64,000 nucleotides of DNA from positions 9,359 to 73,358 of the forward strand of contig JALNLM010000004.1 of assembly GCA_023254095.1 (NCBI GenBank), in the 5' to 3' direction. The notes under the pieces are model-generated. The model searched no databases and was not told where the DNA came from. It saw only the letters and a list, made by a program, of their open reading frames with translations. Positions 30,431 to 39,962 of this stretch are shown here, in pieces. Source of the stretch: Candidatus Geocrenenecus huangii (GTDB lineage Archaea > Thermoproteota > Nitrososphaeria_A > Caldarchaeales > Wolframiiraptoraceae). Each line of letters starts with the position of its first letter. The stretch's first letter is position 1. Both the position numbers and the translations under genes were made by a program.

Positions 30431-30446
30431 AAAATCTTATATAGTA
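30431..30446 (+). promoter_or_regulatory. BRE/TATA of the DPSL gene (likely leaderless mRNA)
   Basis: AAAATCTTATATAGTA, ending 23 nt before the ATG. Confidence 0.55.
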
Positions 30447-30468
30447 TTATTTAACAACTCTTAACTGT

Positions 30469-30963
30469 ATGGGAAAGAAAGGACGTGAAGTAGTAGAGAA
30501 AGCAGGTGTCAAAGTTGACGAACTCATCAATATGCTGAAGAAAGCTTACGCAGATGAATGGATAGCATACTACTATTACACTTTACTTGCCAAGCTTGTT
30601 AAAGGGTTAGAATCTCCAGCTATAGCAAGCAAGATAGAAGAAATAGCTAAAGAAGAACTTGAACATCAAGGAGAATTAGCAGATAGGATTATCCAGCTTG
30701 GAGGGGAACCGCCTAAAAGATTTGAAGACCTAGTAAAGATAGCTAACTGCCCGTATGTCACCATACCTGAAAATCTCGGAGACTTGAAAGCTGTAGTAAA
30801 AGCAATAATTGAAGCCGAAGGATGCGCTATCCAAGTCTACACCAATATCCTCAACTGGCTTATGAGTATAAAGAATGATCCCGTGACATTCCACATCGTC
30901 AGGCACATCCTCCAGGAAGAAGTAGAACACGAAGACCTCTTCGAAACAATACTAGGTGAATAA
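30469..30963 (+). CDS. dpsL: DPS-like (DPSL) ferritin-superfamily protein
   Basis: DEW.AYYYY, EELEH and EEVEH di-iron ligands; Cys pair in ANCPY and EGCAI. Confidence 0.88.
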   Translation: MGKKGREVVEKAGVKVDELINMLKKAYADEWIAYYYYTLLAKLVKGLESPAIASKIEEIAKEELEHQGELADRIIQLGGEPPKRFEDLVKIANCPYVTIPENLGDLKAVVKAIIEAEGCAIQVYTNILNWLMSIKNDPVTFHIVRHILQEEVEHEDLFETILGE

Positions 30964-31035
30964 GAACCCTTAACATTATTTTTTACTATTTCTGAGACTC
31001 GAAAGATCTTCTGAAATGCTTGAATAGCTGGGAAC

Positions 31036-31773
31036 ATGTTTTCTCCAAGTATTCTCTTGACAGGGGTCATCCTTAGCATAGCTGTAATAATCTATACGAT
31101 GGGTGGATTCGGAGGAGGCTCAATCTTCGTAGCGATACTACTACTCTCAGGTACAGCGCCGTCCCAAGCAGCTGTCTTCAGCTTATTATTCAACATAATT
31201 AGTACAGGTACATCACTTACAAGATGGAGAATCTATCTAGAAAGAAAGTTTACCTTGTTTTCAGTAGGATCAATCCCCTTCTCGTTCATCGGTGGATTAC
31301 TATCTCTAACAGTTCAGGAATATGTCCTCAAAATGGTGATGGGCGTGGTCATAGCTTTCTCAGGCTTATTCATCTTGATTTCCAGCAAACCTCTCGCAAA
31401 CATTCGACTAAGCATTCTACACATAATCTTCATCGGATGTCTAATAGGTTTCATAGCAGGTCTTACAGGCATAGGAGGAGGTGTTTACCTCGCACCAATA
31501 CTATTATTAGACGGGATCTCCGACCCTAAGGCGACCGCGGCTACAACAACATTCTTCATCTTCTCAAACTCTCTAGCCGGGCTATTGGCACGTACAGAGA
31601 GGATGCATGTAATACTTCAAAACCAAATATTACTTCTACTTCTTCCAATAGTAGTTATTTCAGCTATTGTCGGAGGTCACATAGGGTCTAGAATGCTGAG
31701 CCGTGAAAAAGTTAAGAAAATTATTGGAGCAATATTGACTGGAATTGGTTTGTTCATAGCATTCTACCAGTAG
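31036..31773 (+). CDS. TauE/SafE family exporter
   Basis: GGFGGG and GLTGIGGGVYLAP repeats; multiple TM helices. Confidence 0.88.
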   Translation: MFSPSILLTGVILSIAVIIYTMGGFGGGSIFVAILLLSGTAPSQAAVFSLLFNIISTGTSLTRWRIYLERKFTLFSVGSIPFSFIGGLLSLTVQEYVLKMVMGVVIAFSGLFILISSKPLANIRLSILHIIFIGCLIGFIAGLTGIGGGVYLAPILLLDGISDPKATAATTTFFIFSNSLAGLLARTERMHVILQNQILLLLLPIVVISAIVGGHIGSRMLSREKVKKIIGAILTGIGLFIAFYQ

Positions 31774-31778
31774 TTAAT

Positions 31779-32465
31779 CTATTTCATGTTAAGTATATAG
31801 TACTCTAGTATTGTTAAGATTCTCGAGGCAACCGTCCAAGCTTCAAGCGGTTGACTCCACACACTTATCATGATGTCTGCATTATTCTTAGTTTCTTCTT
31901 CGAAATCCCCACGAGGAAAACCTCCGAGAATCAGCATAGGCTTCTTATACATAGTTATCTTCTCCCCAATCTCGCTCCACTTCATCTGTAAACCATCTTC
32001 GGATAACAGTATCTTCACGTCAGGATTCACTCTCTCAACTATGTCTCTAAGACTTCCTTCTTCAAGCTTCAATAGTACTCGGCCTCCTGATTCTACTACT
32101 GGATATTTGTAGAGCTTCTCTACTAGGCCTTTGAATCTTTCGTATATTCTGGGAAGCTTTGTAGCGGGGTTAACATATATTATGTGGCCGCTTTGAGCTT
32201 GAACATATGTCTCCACGTAGTTTGATTTGTTTAGAGGAGACCCAAGAATCTCCAGCAATGTGAAATGTGTGATGTCGGGTCTCCCCCTCTTCCACGCCTT
32301 CTCAAGATTAAGCATAGCTGTGTGGTGGTAAGATCTATCTAGGAGCACTTCAGTAGGTTTTTTACCCCTTCTCCTGGCATATGAAACTACAGATGGATGG
32401 TTAGCAATCTCTCTAGGGACAGGTTCTAGAGCAGCTTCGACAATTACAAAATATAGTTTCTCCAC
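31779..32465 (-). CDS. nep1: 16S rRNA pseudouridine N1-methyltransferase Nep1/Emg1
   Basis: LLDRSYH, RGRPDI.H, PR.Y.RF.GL and GGFPRG motifs. Confidence 0.92.
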   Translation of the reverse strand: MEKLYFVIVEAALEPVPREIANHPSVVSYARRRGKKPTEVLLDRSYHHTAMLNLEKAWKRGRPDITHFTLLEILGSPLNKSNYVETYVQAQSGHIIYVNPATKLPRIYERFKGLVEKLYKYPVVESGGRVLLKLEEGSLRDIVERVNPDVKILLSEDGLQMKWSEIGEKITMYKKPMLILGGFPRGDFEEETKNNADIMISVWSQPLEAWTVASRILTILEYYILNMK

Positions 32466-32553
32466 GCTGGCCCCCTAAAGAAAATAGCGAAGAAGAATAA
32501 AATGATAAATTATTAAGGATGTTGTGTATCGAGTTAGGTAGGTAGCCGGCGGA

Positions 32554-32898
32554 TTGGTTTCTAGGGAATTGAAGAAGATTGCTTTAGACAGGGTTTGCAG
32601 GTTGATGGACTTTGCTAGAAAGCATGCAATTGAGAAACCTGAGATCGCGAGAGAAGCTGCATTATTGGCTATGCGTATAGCGCAGAAAGCTAGAGTTAGA
32701 ATGCCCAGAAAATACAAGAGAATGTTCTGCAAAAAATGTGGAACGCTATTTTGGACACCATACTCTTTCACTGTAAGAATAAGAGATAGAAGAAGCACGC
32801 ATATAGTAATAAAATGTTTAAAATGCGGATACATCAAGAGAATACCTGTAAAGAAGAGATCTAGATCAATATACAGAGCTCCTACTCAGAAAACATAA
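32554..32898 (+). CDS. rnp4: RNase P subunit Rpp21
   Basis: KRMFCKKC and CLKCG zinc motif. Confidence 0.88.
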   Translation: MVSRELKKIALDRVCRLMDFARKHAIEKPEIAREAALLAMRIAQKARVRMPRKYKRMFCKKCGTLFWTPYSFTVRIRDRRSTHIVIKCLKCGYIKRIPVKKRSRSIYRAPTQKT

Positions 32899-33018
32899 GG
32901 GAGTAATAAAAAATAGGACCTATAACCTGATAAAACTCTAAAGGGCTCCCAGATTCAATTGAAACTTTGAAGTTTCAGATATATTTAATAATAGATGAAT
33001 GAAGTTTTTCACTAAAGG

Positions 33019-33456
33019 ATGGTGTCCCCAGTGTCTTCGGTTGATGCATGGAAGCTGATAGAGAAAGTTGCAAACTACTTAAAAGATAATAAAGTTATCG
33101 AGCCCCCTCCTTGGGCTATGTTCGTTAAGACGGGGGTTCATAAGGAGCGCCCTCCACAAAACCCCGATTGGTGGTATATTAGAGCTGCATCCATCATGAG
33201 GAAGCTATACTTGAAAGGACCCCTCGGAGTATCTAGGTTGAGGACGTTCTATGGAGGTAAGCATAGGCTAGGTCATCATCCACCTAAATTCGCTAAAGGC
33301 GGCGGTTCAGTGATCAGGAAAATCATACAACAACTTGAAGCCGCTGGATTAATGGAGAAAGCAGATAGGAAGGGTAGAAGATTAACTAGTAAGGGTAGAG
33401 AACTCTTAGAAGAGGCGGCTAAAGCCATAATAAAAACAGAAGCACGAAAAACATAA
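33019..33456 (+). CDS. rps19e: 30S ribosomal protein S19e
   Basis: VKTGVHKERPP and WWYIRAAS motifs. Confidence 0.96.
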   Translation: MVSPVSSVDAWKLIEKVANYLKDNKVIEPPPWAMFVKTGVHKERPPQNPDWWYIRAASIMRKLYLKGPLGVSRLRTFYGGKHRLGHHPPKFAKGGGSVIRKIIQQLEAAGLMEKADRKGRRLTSKGRELLEEAAKAIIKTEARKT

Positions 33457-33685
33457 CTCCACGGAAATAGTCTATAAGATATGTATTCTCGATTGTTAGA
33501 ATACGCTACTTATCCGTAGCTAGAAAAGGAATTCGAACCCACCTATTAGAATATTATCTCAACGTGTAACCTGCTCCATCTATGAGAAGCCTGCCTAGAT
33601 TAACGATAAACGTACCTACCTCTACTAAACGCTATGATAGAAATGGGAAAGCTATAGTTTAGTTAGATAATCTTTAAACTATCCT

Positions 33686-34039
33686 TTGTCTGATATTATG
33701 TGGGTGGAAATGACTATCCCTATTGATGAAGATGAGTTGGAGAAGATTAGAATGAAGAAGATGATGGAACTTCAGCAGAAAGCCGCTGAAGAAGAAAAGA
33801 GAAAGAGGGAAGAAGAAAAAACTGCTGCTCTACGTATCATTCTCACTCCAGAGGCTAGACAGAGGCTTGCAAATCTACGTCTCGTTAGACCTGAGCTTGT
33901 AGAACAGCTCGAAGAACATTTAATTAGAATTGCTCAAACTGGCAGAATAAATCTACCGATAACGGATGAGATACTTAAAGAAATATTGAAGAAACTAGAT
34001 TCTGAAAGAAGAAGAGAAATACGGATAATTAGGAAGTAG
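33686..34039 (+). CDS. PDCD5-like DNA-binding protein
   Basis: ELEKIR and ILTPEARQRLANLRLVRPE; usual position after S19e. Confidence 0.92.
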   Translation: MSDIMWVEMTIPIDEDELEKIRMKKMMELQQKAAEEEKRKREEEKTAALRIILTPEARQRLANLRLVRPELVEQLEEHLIRIAQTGRINLPITDEILKEILKKLDSERRREIRIIRK

Positions 34040-34147
34040 TATCCCAGCTTGTATAAATATGAAAAAGTTCATACCCAGTAGGCAGCCTAGTATCGATCCT
34101 TAAAGATTATACTCATATACAAGTTCTTCCATGGATTTTAGGAAGAG

Positions 34148-34303
34148 ATGACCATTCGTACTCTCGCTTTAAAGAAGAAACTATCGAAAGCTTTGAGGAG
34201 GGCTTGGCCTGTTCCTGCATGGGTTATAGTCAAGACCAGACGTAAATTTAGAACTCACTCTAAATCTAGGCATTGGAGGAGAAGCGGTAAAATAAAGACC
34301 TAG
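34148..34303 (+). CDS. rpl39e: 50S ribosomal protein L39e (not in the ORF track)
   Basis: Manual translation: MTIRTLALKKKLSKALRRAWPVPAWVIVKTRRKFRTHSKSRHWRRSGKIKT. Confidence 0.93.
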   Translation: MTIRTLALKKKLSKALRRAWPVPAWVIVKTRRKFRTHSKSRHWRRSGKIKT

Positions 34304-34318
34304 AAATGGTGATGCTAG

Positions 34319-34603
34319 ATGAGCGAGATAGAGATCGAGAGAGAATACGTTATTCCGTTAAGAGATGCCTATGAGGCTTCTAGAACTAGAAGAGCTAGAA
34401 GAGCCATAAACATAATTAAGGAATTTGCGAGAAGACACATGAAAGCAGAGATTGTAAAGATCTCTAACAAAGTAAATAGCCTAATATGGAGTAGAGGTAT
34501 AAAGAAACCACCCAGAAGAATAAAAGTAGTTATGAGAAAAGATAAGGAAGGAGTAGTAGAAGTACTACTCCCAGCAGAGGCAAAAGAAGAGAAGAAAGAG
34601 TAA
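34319..34603 (+). CDS. rpl31e: 50S ribosomal protein L31e
   Basis: EREYVIPL, RARRAI and IWSRGIKKPP motifs. Confidence 0.95.
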   Translation: MSEIEIEREYVIPLRDAYEASRTRRARRAINIIKEFARRHMKAEIVKISNKVNSLIWSRGIKKPPRRIKVVMRKDKEGVVEVLLPAEAKEEKKE

Positions 34604-34606
34604 AGG

Positions 34607-35548
34607 CTATAACTCATTCATATCCTTGATTATTTTCTTCGCTATCTTCTTTGAAAGTGGTGGAGGGACAGCTTCACCTACCTGGTCAAACTGTCTATCA
34701 ACTCCACCGTAAAAAACGTGATTATCTGGGAAACCCATAAGCCTAGCTTGTTCCCTAACAGTGAGAAGCCTATGCTCGTATGGATGAATGAACCTAGCTT
34801 TACCATATATTGTGGGAGCAATCTTCTTAGGGTTTAGCCTAGTCCAGTTATATCTTATATTTCCTCTACCATCTCTAAACTTGTATAATGATTGACCCCA
34901 TCTAAGCCTCTTAATCCTCGACAAACGACTCTTCCCAATACTTATTATGGAATGATTCGGGAGAGAACCCGGCGGAGGTAGATCACCCAATACTTCTTGA
35001 ACACACTTTGGAGTCTCCTCCATCCCCGAGAGATCAATCTCAAGATTGGATATGAATACTCTCCTACGTCTAGAGGGTGTACCATACTTCTCCGCTTCCA
35101 ACATATTAAAGTGGGTTTCGTAGCCAACCCTATTGAATATTTTCCTGATCATGGATCCCAACGGCTCAGAGACAAGCTCAGGCACATTCTCTAAAATATA
35201 GATTCTGGGCTTAAGCTCGTCCACTAGTCTAGTGAACTCTAGGACGAGTCTTCCCTGTCGGTCTGTGAATAGTCTATCATATGGATCAACCATTCTTTTA
35301 GGGTTTATGCTTGTAAATGGTTCGCATGGTGGGCCACCGATTACAACATCTACTTCCCCTACCGTCTTCAGTATGTCTCTTCCAGATATTCTTTTAACAT
35401 CTTCAGCGAATACTATTGCATCTGGGAAGTTCGCTCTATACGTTTTAACTACGTGAGGATGGTTTTCTATTGCTGCTAGAATGCAGTTCCTAAAACCTAG
35501 GCTAAATCCTCCAGCTCCACTGTATACGTCTAGAATTTTTAAGTTCAA
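34607..35548 (-). CDS. C5-cytosine DNA methyltransferase (orphan)
   Basis: YSGAGG, GGPPCEPF, ENV, RRRVF and QVGEAVPP motifs. Confidence 0.9.
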   Translation of the reverse strand: MNLKILDVYSGAGGFSLGFRNCILAAIENHPHVVKTYRANFPDAIVFAEDVKRISGRDILKTVGEVDVVIGGPPCEPFTSINPKRMVDPYDRLFTDRQGRLVLEFTRLVDELKPRIYILENVPELVSEPLGSMIRKIFNRVGYETHFNMLEAEKYGTPSRRRRVFISNLEIDLSGMEETPKCVQEVLGDLPPPGSLPNHSIISIGKSRLSRIKRLRWGQSLYKFRDGRGNIRYNWTRLNPKKIAPTIYGKARFIHPYEHRLLTVREQARLMGFPDNHVFYGGVDRQFDQVGEAVPPPLSKKIAKKIIKDMNEL

Positions 35549-35698
35549 TAATCAGCGTTAGGATCATAGTGTAGCCAAAATTTTAACATAATCCCACTCT
35601 TTACGTTTACCTGACTATTGGGAATATCGATATTTCAAGCTGTATCGATGTTTTAATCTTTTACTTATTTAGCTTAACCTTATGGATAATCTTTCTTC

Positions 35699-37156
35699 TT
35701 AATCGTGGAGAGCTGGGACTCCCTTTATGATTATTGATACGATTGGGTAGTTCAGGAACCCTAGTATTATTACTAGGAGTAACAGTATGCTCATCGGAGC
35801 TATCATTGTTGACGGAGCATCATGGATTTTGGACAAGTCGTGTTTAGGTTGTAGGAAGAAGACCGCTCTAATCATTCTTAGATAGTATCCAGCTGTTAGA
35901 GCAGTGTTCGCTATAGCTATAGCCGTATAGACCGTTAGACCTGCGTCGACGCCTCCGCTAAATATCATCCATTCACTTGCAAATCCTCCGAGGGGGGGTG
36001 TACCGGCAATAGATAAGGCTCCGACGAGCATGGCAGTGACGGTTATAGGCATTCGGGAAGCTAGCCCTCCCAGCTTATTCAAGTCTCTTTCATTCACTAC
36101 GTGGATTATTACTCCCGAGCACATAAAGAGGAGGCCTTTAGCAAATCCGTGATTCAGCACATGGAATATTCCTCCGGCTACACCTATTGGGGCTAGGGAC
36201 ACTAATCCAAACAATATGTATCCTACCTGGCTAATGCTACTGTATGCTAGGATTCTCTTAACGTCTGTCTGGACCAGGGCCATGATCCCTCCCCATATCA
36301 TGGATATTAATGCGAGAATGATTACCGGGATATTGATTAACGGTATAAGCTGATTGAATAATCCTATTAGTATTCTGACGATAAGGTATGCTCCAGTCTT
36401 TATCATCACGCCACTTAACAATACACTTATAGGTGTTGGAGCTTCAGCGTGAGCATCGGGGAGCCATGTATGAAATGGGAAGACGGCCATTTTAACAGCC
36501 GCACCGATAAAGATTAAGATAGCTATGTAGAGGTTCTCAGTTCTCTCTGTCATGAGTGTTGACAACTGTGAGATCTCGAGAGTGCCATGTAATGCATAGA
36601 TCCAGATTATGCCGAATAGCATGGCTAATGCTCCAGCATGAGTGAATACGAAGTACTTGAAGCCAATTACTCTAGGTCTCCCTGTACCCCAGTAGGCTAT
36701 GAGGAAGTAGCTTGGGATAAGCATGAGCTCCCAAAATATGTAGAGGAGAAATAGGTTTGTAGCTAAAACTACTCCGAGCATCCCTGCGTTGAACATTAGA
36801 AGTAAAGCCATGTAGGCCGCATATCCATGCTCATGCTCCATATACTTCGTAGAGTATATCGTTGCGAGGAAGCCCATTAAAGAGATAAGTAGAGCGAAAG
36901 GATAGCTGGTTGAATCTAGTAGAAATCCGAGTCTAAGATTAAATGCAGGAATCCATGAATATTCTTCGTAGACCCGTTGTCCACTGTAGATAGTGTTGAA
37001 GAAGTATGCGACAATTACGAACGGGATGGCTGAGATAATTATGCTTAAAGTGTCTCCAAGCTTTTTTGAATTATTGGTGGCTATGTAGATTAGTGGGGAG
37101 AGTATCAGCTGGATGAAGACCGCGATGCTTAGTTGGAAGCTACTCACTATATCCAT
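35699..37156 (-). CDS. nuoM: NADH-quinone oxidoreductase subunit M-like antiporter subunit
   Basis: FWE, HTWLPDAHAEAP and AYSSISQ motifs. Confidence 0.82.
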   Translation of the reverse strand: MDIVSSFQLSIAVFIQLILSPLIYIATNNSKKLGDTLSIIISAIPFVIVAYFFNTIYSGQRVYEEYSWIPAFNLRLGFLLDSTSYPFALLISLMGFLATIYSTKYMEHEHGYAAYMALLLMFNAGMLGVVLATNLFLLYIFWELMLIPSYFLIAYWGTGRPRVIGFKYFVFTHAGALAMLFGIIWIYALHGTLEISQLSTLMTERTENLYIAILIFIGAAVKMAVFPFHTWLPDAHAEAPTPISVLLSGVMIKTGAYLIVRILIGLFNQLIPLINIPVIILALISMIWGGIMALVQTDVKRILAYSSISQVGYILFGLVSLAPIGVAGGIFHVLNHGFAKGLLFMCSGVIIHVVNERDLNKLGGLASRMPITVTAMLVGALSIAGTPPLGGFASEWMIFSGGVDAGLTVYTAIAIANTALTAGYYLRMIRAVFFLQPKHDLSKIHDAPSTMIAPMSILLLLVIILGFLNYPIVSIIIKGVPALHD

Positions 37157-39073
37157 TTACCACAACCCTCCATAGAGGAACGTTAAGAATATTATGATTA
37201 AGACAGCTACACCTAGGAGTAGCCCTCCGATATTTATGTTGCTACTGCCAGTCTGTATATTCCTCAAGATATTTACAGCGCTCTTAACATTATCAGCAAC
37301 CAAGTAGTTAAATCTATCAATGCCCCCATCTTCTATGCTCCTCCTCAAGATGCTTGAAAACCATATAAAGCCATCAATGATCTTGTAGTATAATGCGTCA
37401 ATGTAGTACCTATTGCTGAGTATCTTATGGAGCGTGTATCCGAAGCCGCCCGCCCTAAAATATTCAGGAGGAATGATCTTACTGAAGTAGACAACGTATA
37501 CCGTTATAGCTCCCGAGATGATTATTCCAGCTGATGTAAGTAATGTTGGTAGACTCGTAGTGTGATGCATATGCATTCCTAGGTAATCTGGGAACCCATG
37601 TATTATTTCTGAGACTATTCCTGAAATAGTTGCACCTACTGCCAAGACTATTAAGGGTATAGTCATGATGGGCGGGGATTCATGTAGGTGGCCGTGACCA
37701 CCTCCATGATTATGATGATTAGAGGGAGCGAGGAATATCTTGTAGATCCATCTAAGAATGTAGATAAATGTGAGGATGGATGTAAAAGTGATTAATAGGT
37801 AGATTGGAAGGTTCCCAGCCTCTAGCGCTGCCTCAATTATCAAGTCTTTACTGAAGAATCCGGAGAAAGGAGGTATACCCGCTAATGCAAGCGCTCCAAC
37901 CATTGATGTCGAGAATGTTATTGGCATTACTTTTACGAGTCCACCCATTTCATCGATGTTTGTTGTTCCAACTGCGTGCATGACGGAGCCTGCGGCCAAG
38001 AATAGTAATGCTTTGAAAAGTGAATGGTTAAGTATGTGGAATGTGCTGGCCACCCATCCTAGCTCAGAAGCTAGTCCGAGAGATGCAAGCATCAATCCGA
38101 GCTGGCTGATAGTAGAATATGCTATCACCCTCTTGATATCCGTCATGACCAAACCCATCGTTGCAGCAAAGAACGCTGTTACTGCACCTATGTAAGCTAC
38201 CGTTAGATACCATTGATGAAGTGTGGCTGGGGGAAATTCTTCAAAAGGTATGATCGTTAAAGTTAAACGTGCTGTCAGATATATTCCAGCCTTAACCATA
38301 GTAGCCGCATGTATCAATGCGCTTACGGGCGTGGGGCCTTCCATAGCGTCGGGAAGCCAAACGTGTAGAGGTATTTGAGCAGATTTACCCACAGCTCCAC
38401 CGAATAGTAAGATAAGGATTAAAGTCAGTAATGGTAGGCCTACTGTGCCTTCTCTTAACCCGTGTGCAAGAGCGTGGCTTATCTCTGAGTAGTTAAACGT
38501 GCCGAACATCGAGAAAAGTATCACTATTCCTATAAGCATCATCACATCTCCTATCCTAGTAGTTATGAACGCCTTGATGCCTGCATGAGCTGCCTCAGGC
38601 TTCCTGTAGTAGAATCCTATTAATGCATACGAACATAATCCTACTATCTCCCAGAAAATATATGTTTGTAGAAAGTTGTCAGCCATTACAAGCCCTGTCA
38701 TCCCTCCGATGAAGAAGACCATGAAGAAATAGTATCTAGGTAATCCTTCTTCATGAGACATATACCCTACCGAATAGACGATGATCCAGGCGCCGATGAA
38801 CGTGGCGATAGAAGCCATTAATACTGAGAGTGGATCTACTAGGACTCCTGCTTCTATGAATCCCCTCGGAGTAGGAATCCAAGGAAAACTCTCAACCCAT
38901 GACTTTCCACCCCAGACATCGGGAATCATTGAGAGAGCAAAGAATGAAGCAAGGAAAACTACTGTTATAGAATATGCTTCTCCTACTCTTTTACCAAGTT
39001 TAAAGAATAATGGAACAAATACGCATCCGATAAGCGGGATTACCCATGAAAGCCAAGGCGAATATGGAAGCAA
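37157..39073 (-). CDS. nuoL: NADH-quinone oxidoreductase subunit L
   Basis: KSAQIPLHVWLPDAMEGPTPVSALIHAATMV. Confidence 0.9.
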   Translation of the reverse strand: MLPYSPWLSWVIPLIGCVFVPLFFKLGKRVGEAYSITVVFLASFFALSMIPDVWGGKSWVESFPWIPTPRGFIEAGVLVDPLSVLMASIATFIGAWIIVYSVGYMSHEEGLPRYYFFMVFFIGGMTGLVMADNFLQTYIFWEIVGLCSYALIGFYYRKPEAAHAGIKAFITTRIGDVMMLIGIVILFSMFGTFNYSEISHALAHGLREGTVGLPLLTLILILLFGGAVGKSAQIPLHVWLPDAMEGPTPVSALIHAATMVKAGIYLTARLTLTIIPFEEFPPATLHQWYLTVAYIGAVTAFFAATMGLVMTDIKRVIAYSTISQLGLMLASLGLASELGWVASTFHILNHSLFKALLFLAAGSVMHAVGTTNIDEMGGLVKVMPITFSTSMVGALALAGIPPFSGFFSKDLIIEAALEAGNLPIYLLITFTSILTFIYILRWIYKIFLAPSNHHNHGGGHGHLHESPPIMTIPLIVLAVGATISGIVSEIIHGFPDYLGMHMHHTTSLPTLLTSAGIIISGAITVYVVYFSKIIPPEYFRAGGFGYTLHKILSNRYYIDALYYKIIDGFIWFSSILRRSIEDGGIDRFNYLVADNVKSAVNILRNIQTGSSNINIGGLLLGVAVLIIIFLTFLYGGLW

Positions 39074-39352
39074 TAATCTTCACCGACCTCATACCATATA
39101 GATGAGCCATCATTTAGATTTTTCTTATGGAACGATCATCCAACTCGAGATACAGGTTTTAGGCTATCAAGTTAAAGGTCGGCTCATTCATGAATGATGA
39201 GACAGTATCCTCCTATCAATTAATAACCTAATCAAATAAGCCAGACAGACTCTTATCCAAACTCATAGATGAAATAGGAGATATACCTTAACTTGACAGT
39301 AATAATGCAAAAGAAAAACTTTAAAATCCATAGTACAATCTTGAATGAGAAC

Positions 39353-39917
39353 AATGAGCATAAGAAAACCTCACTTTTCAAGATATACAGAAGAAAGCAG
39401 ATAAGCTACGTGAGCTATTTCAGAAGTTTCCTTCTTGGCAGTCTTCTGAAAGCTTTCTTTTTTAAAAACGAGTTCGCTCCATTAATCGCTACTATATGTG
39501 ATGAACAAATAAGGTCTGAAGATGCATGGAGTTTTCCTGAATGGTTAAATAATAAGTTAGGGACGCTTGAACTATCTGAGCTGTGTAAATTGGAGCGCAA
39601 GGAGTTCAAGAAGTATTTGGAGGGGTATTTAAATGTAAAGTGGCCGAGCGGCATGAAGAAAGAAGATAGACGAAAATATCTGGAAAAGACTTCACAGCAT
39701 TTGTATAATGCCCTTAACTTTTTCTCGCGAGAAGGGAAGACGCCAGTAACGATGTTTGAGAATAGGGAATATTCGTCTCTTGAAATCTACTTTATGTTAA
39801 GAAGATTGCCTGGGTTTGGTCCAAAGAAGGCTAGCATGATAACTAGAGACTGAATATTGTCACGAAAGAAATCCTAACTGCGATGGATGCCCAATTGTAG
39901 AGACTAGTGGATTATGA
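39353..39917 (+). pseudogene. HhH-GPD / endonuclease III-like Fe-S glycosylase pseudogene
   Basis: Frameshifted pieces: ENLTFQDIQKKADKLRELF / ICDEQIRSEDAW...LPGFGPKKASMITRD* / YCHERNPNCDGCPI. Confidence 0.7.
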
Positions 39918-39962
39918 TTAGAGAATAGTTAATACTACAATTTTCAAAATTATTAAGAAGAG

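Noticed and set aside
33528-33543. T-arm-like GGTGGGTTCGAATTCC on the minus strand
   Set aside because: No acceptor, D or anticodon arms can be built around it.
39851-39853. TGA as selenocysteine or readthrough in the HhH-GPD ORF
   Set aside because: The conserved C-terminal motif continues in a different frame and other frameshifts exist, so this is a pseudogene.
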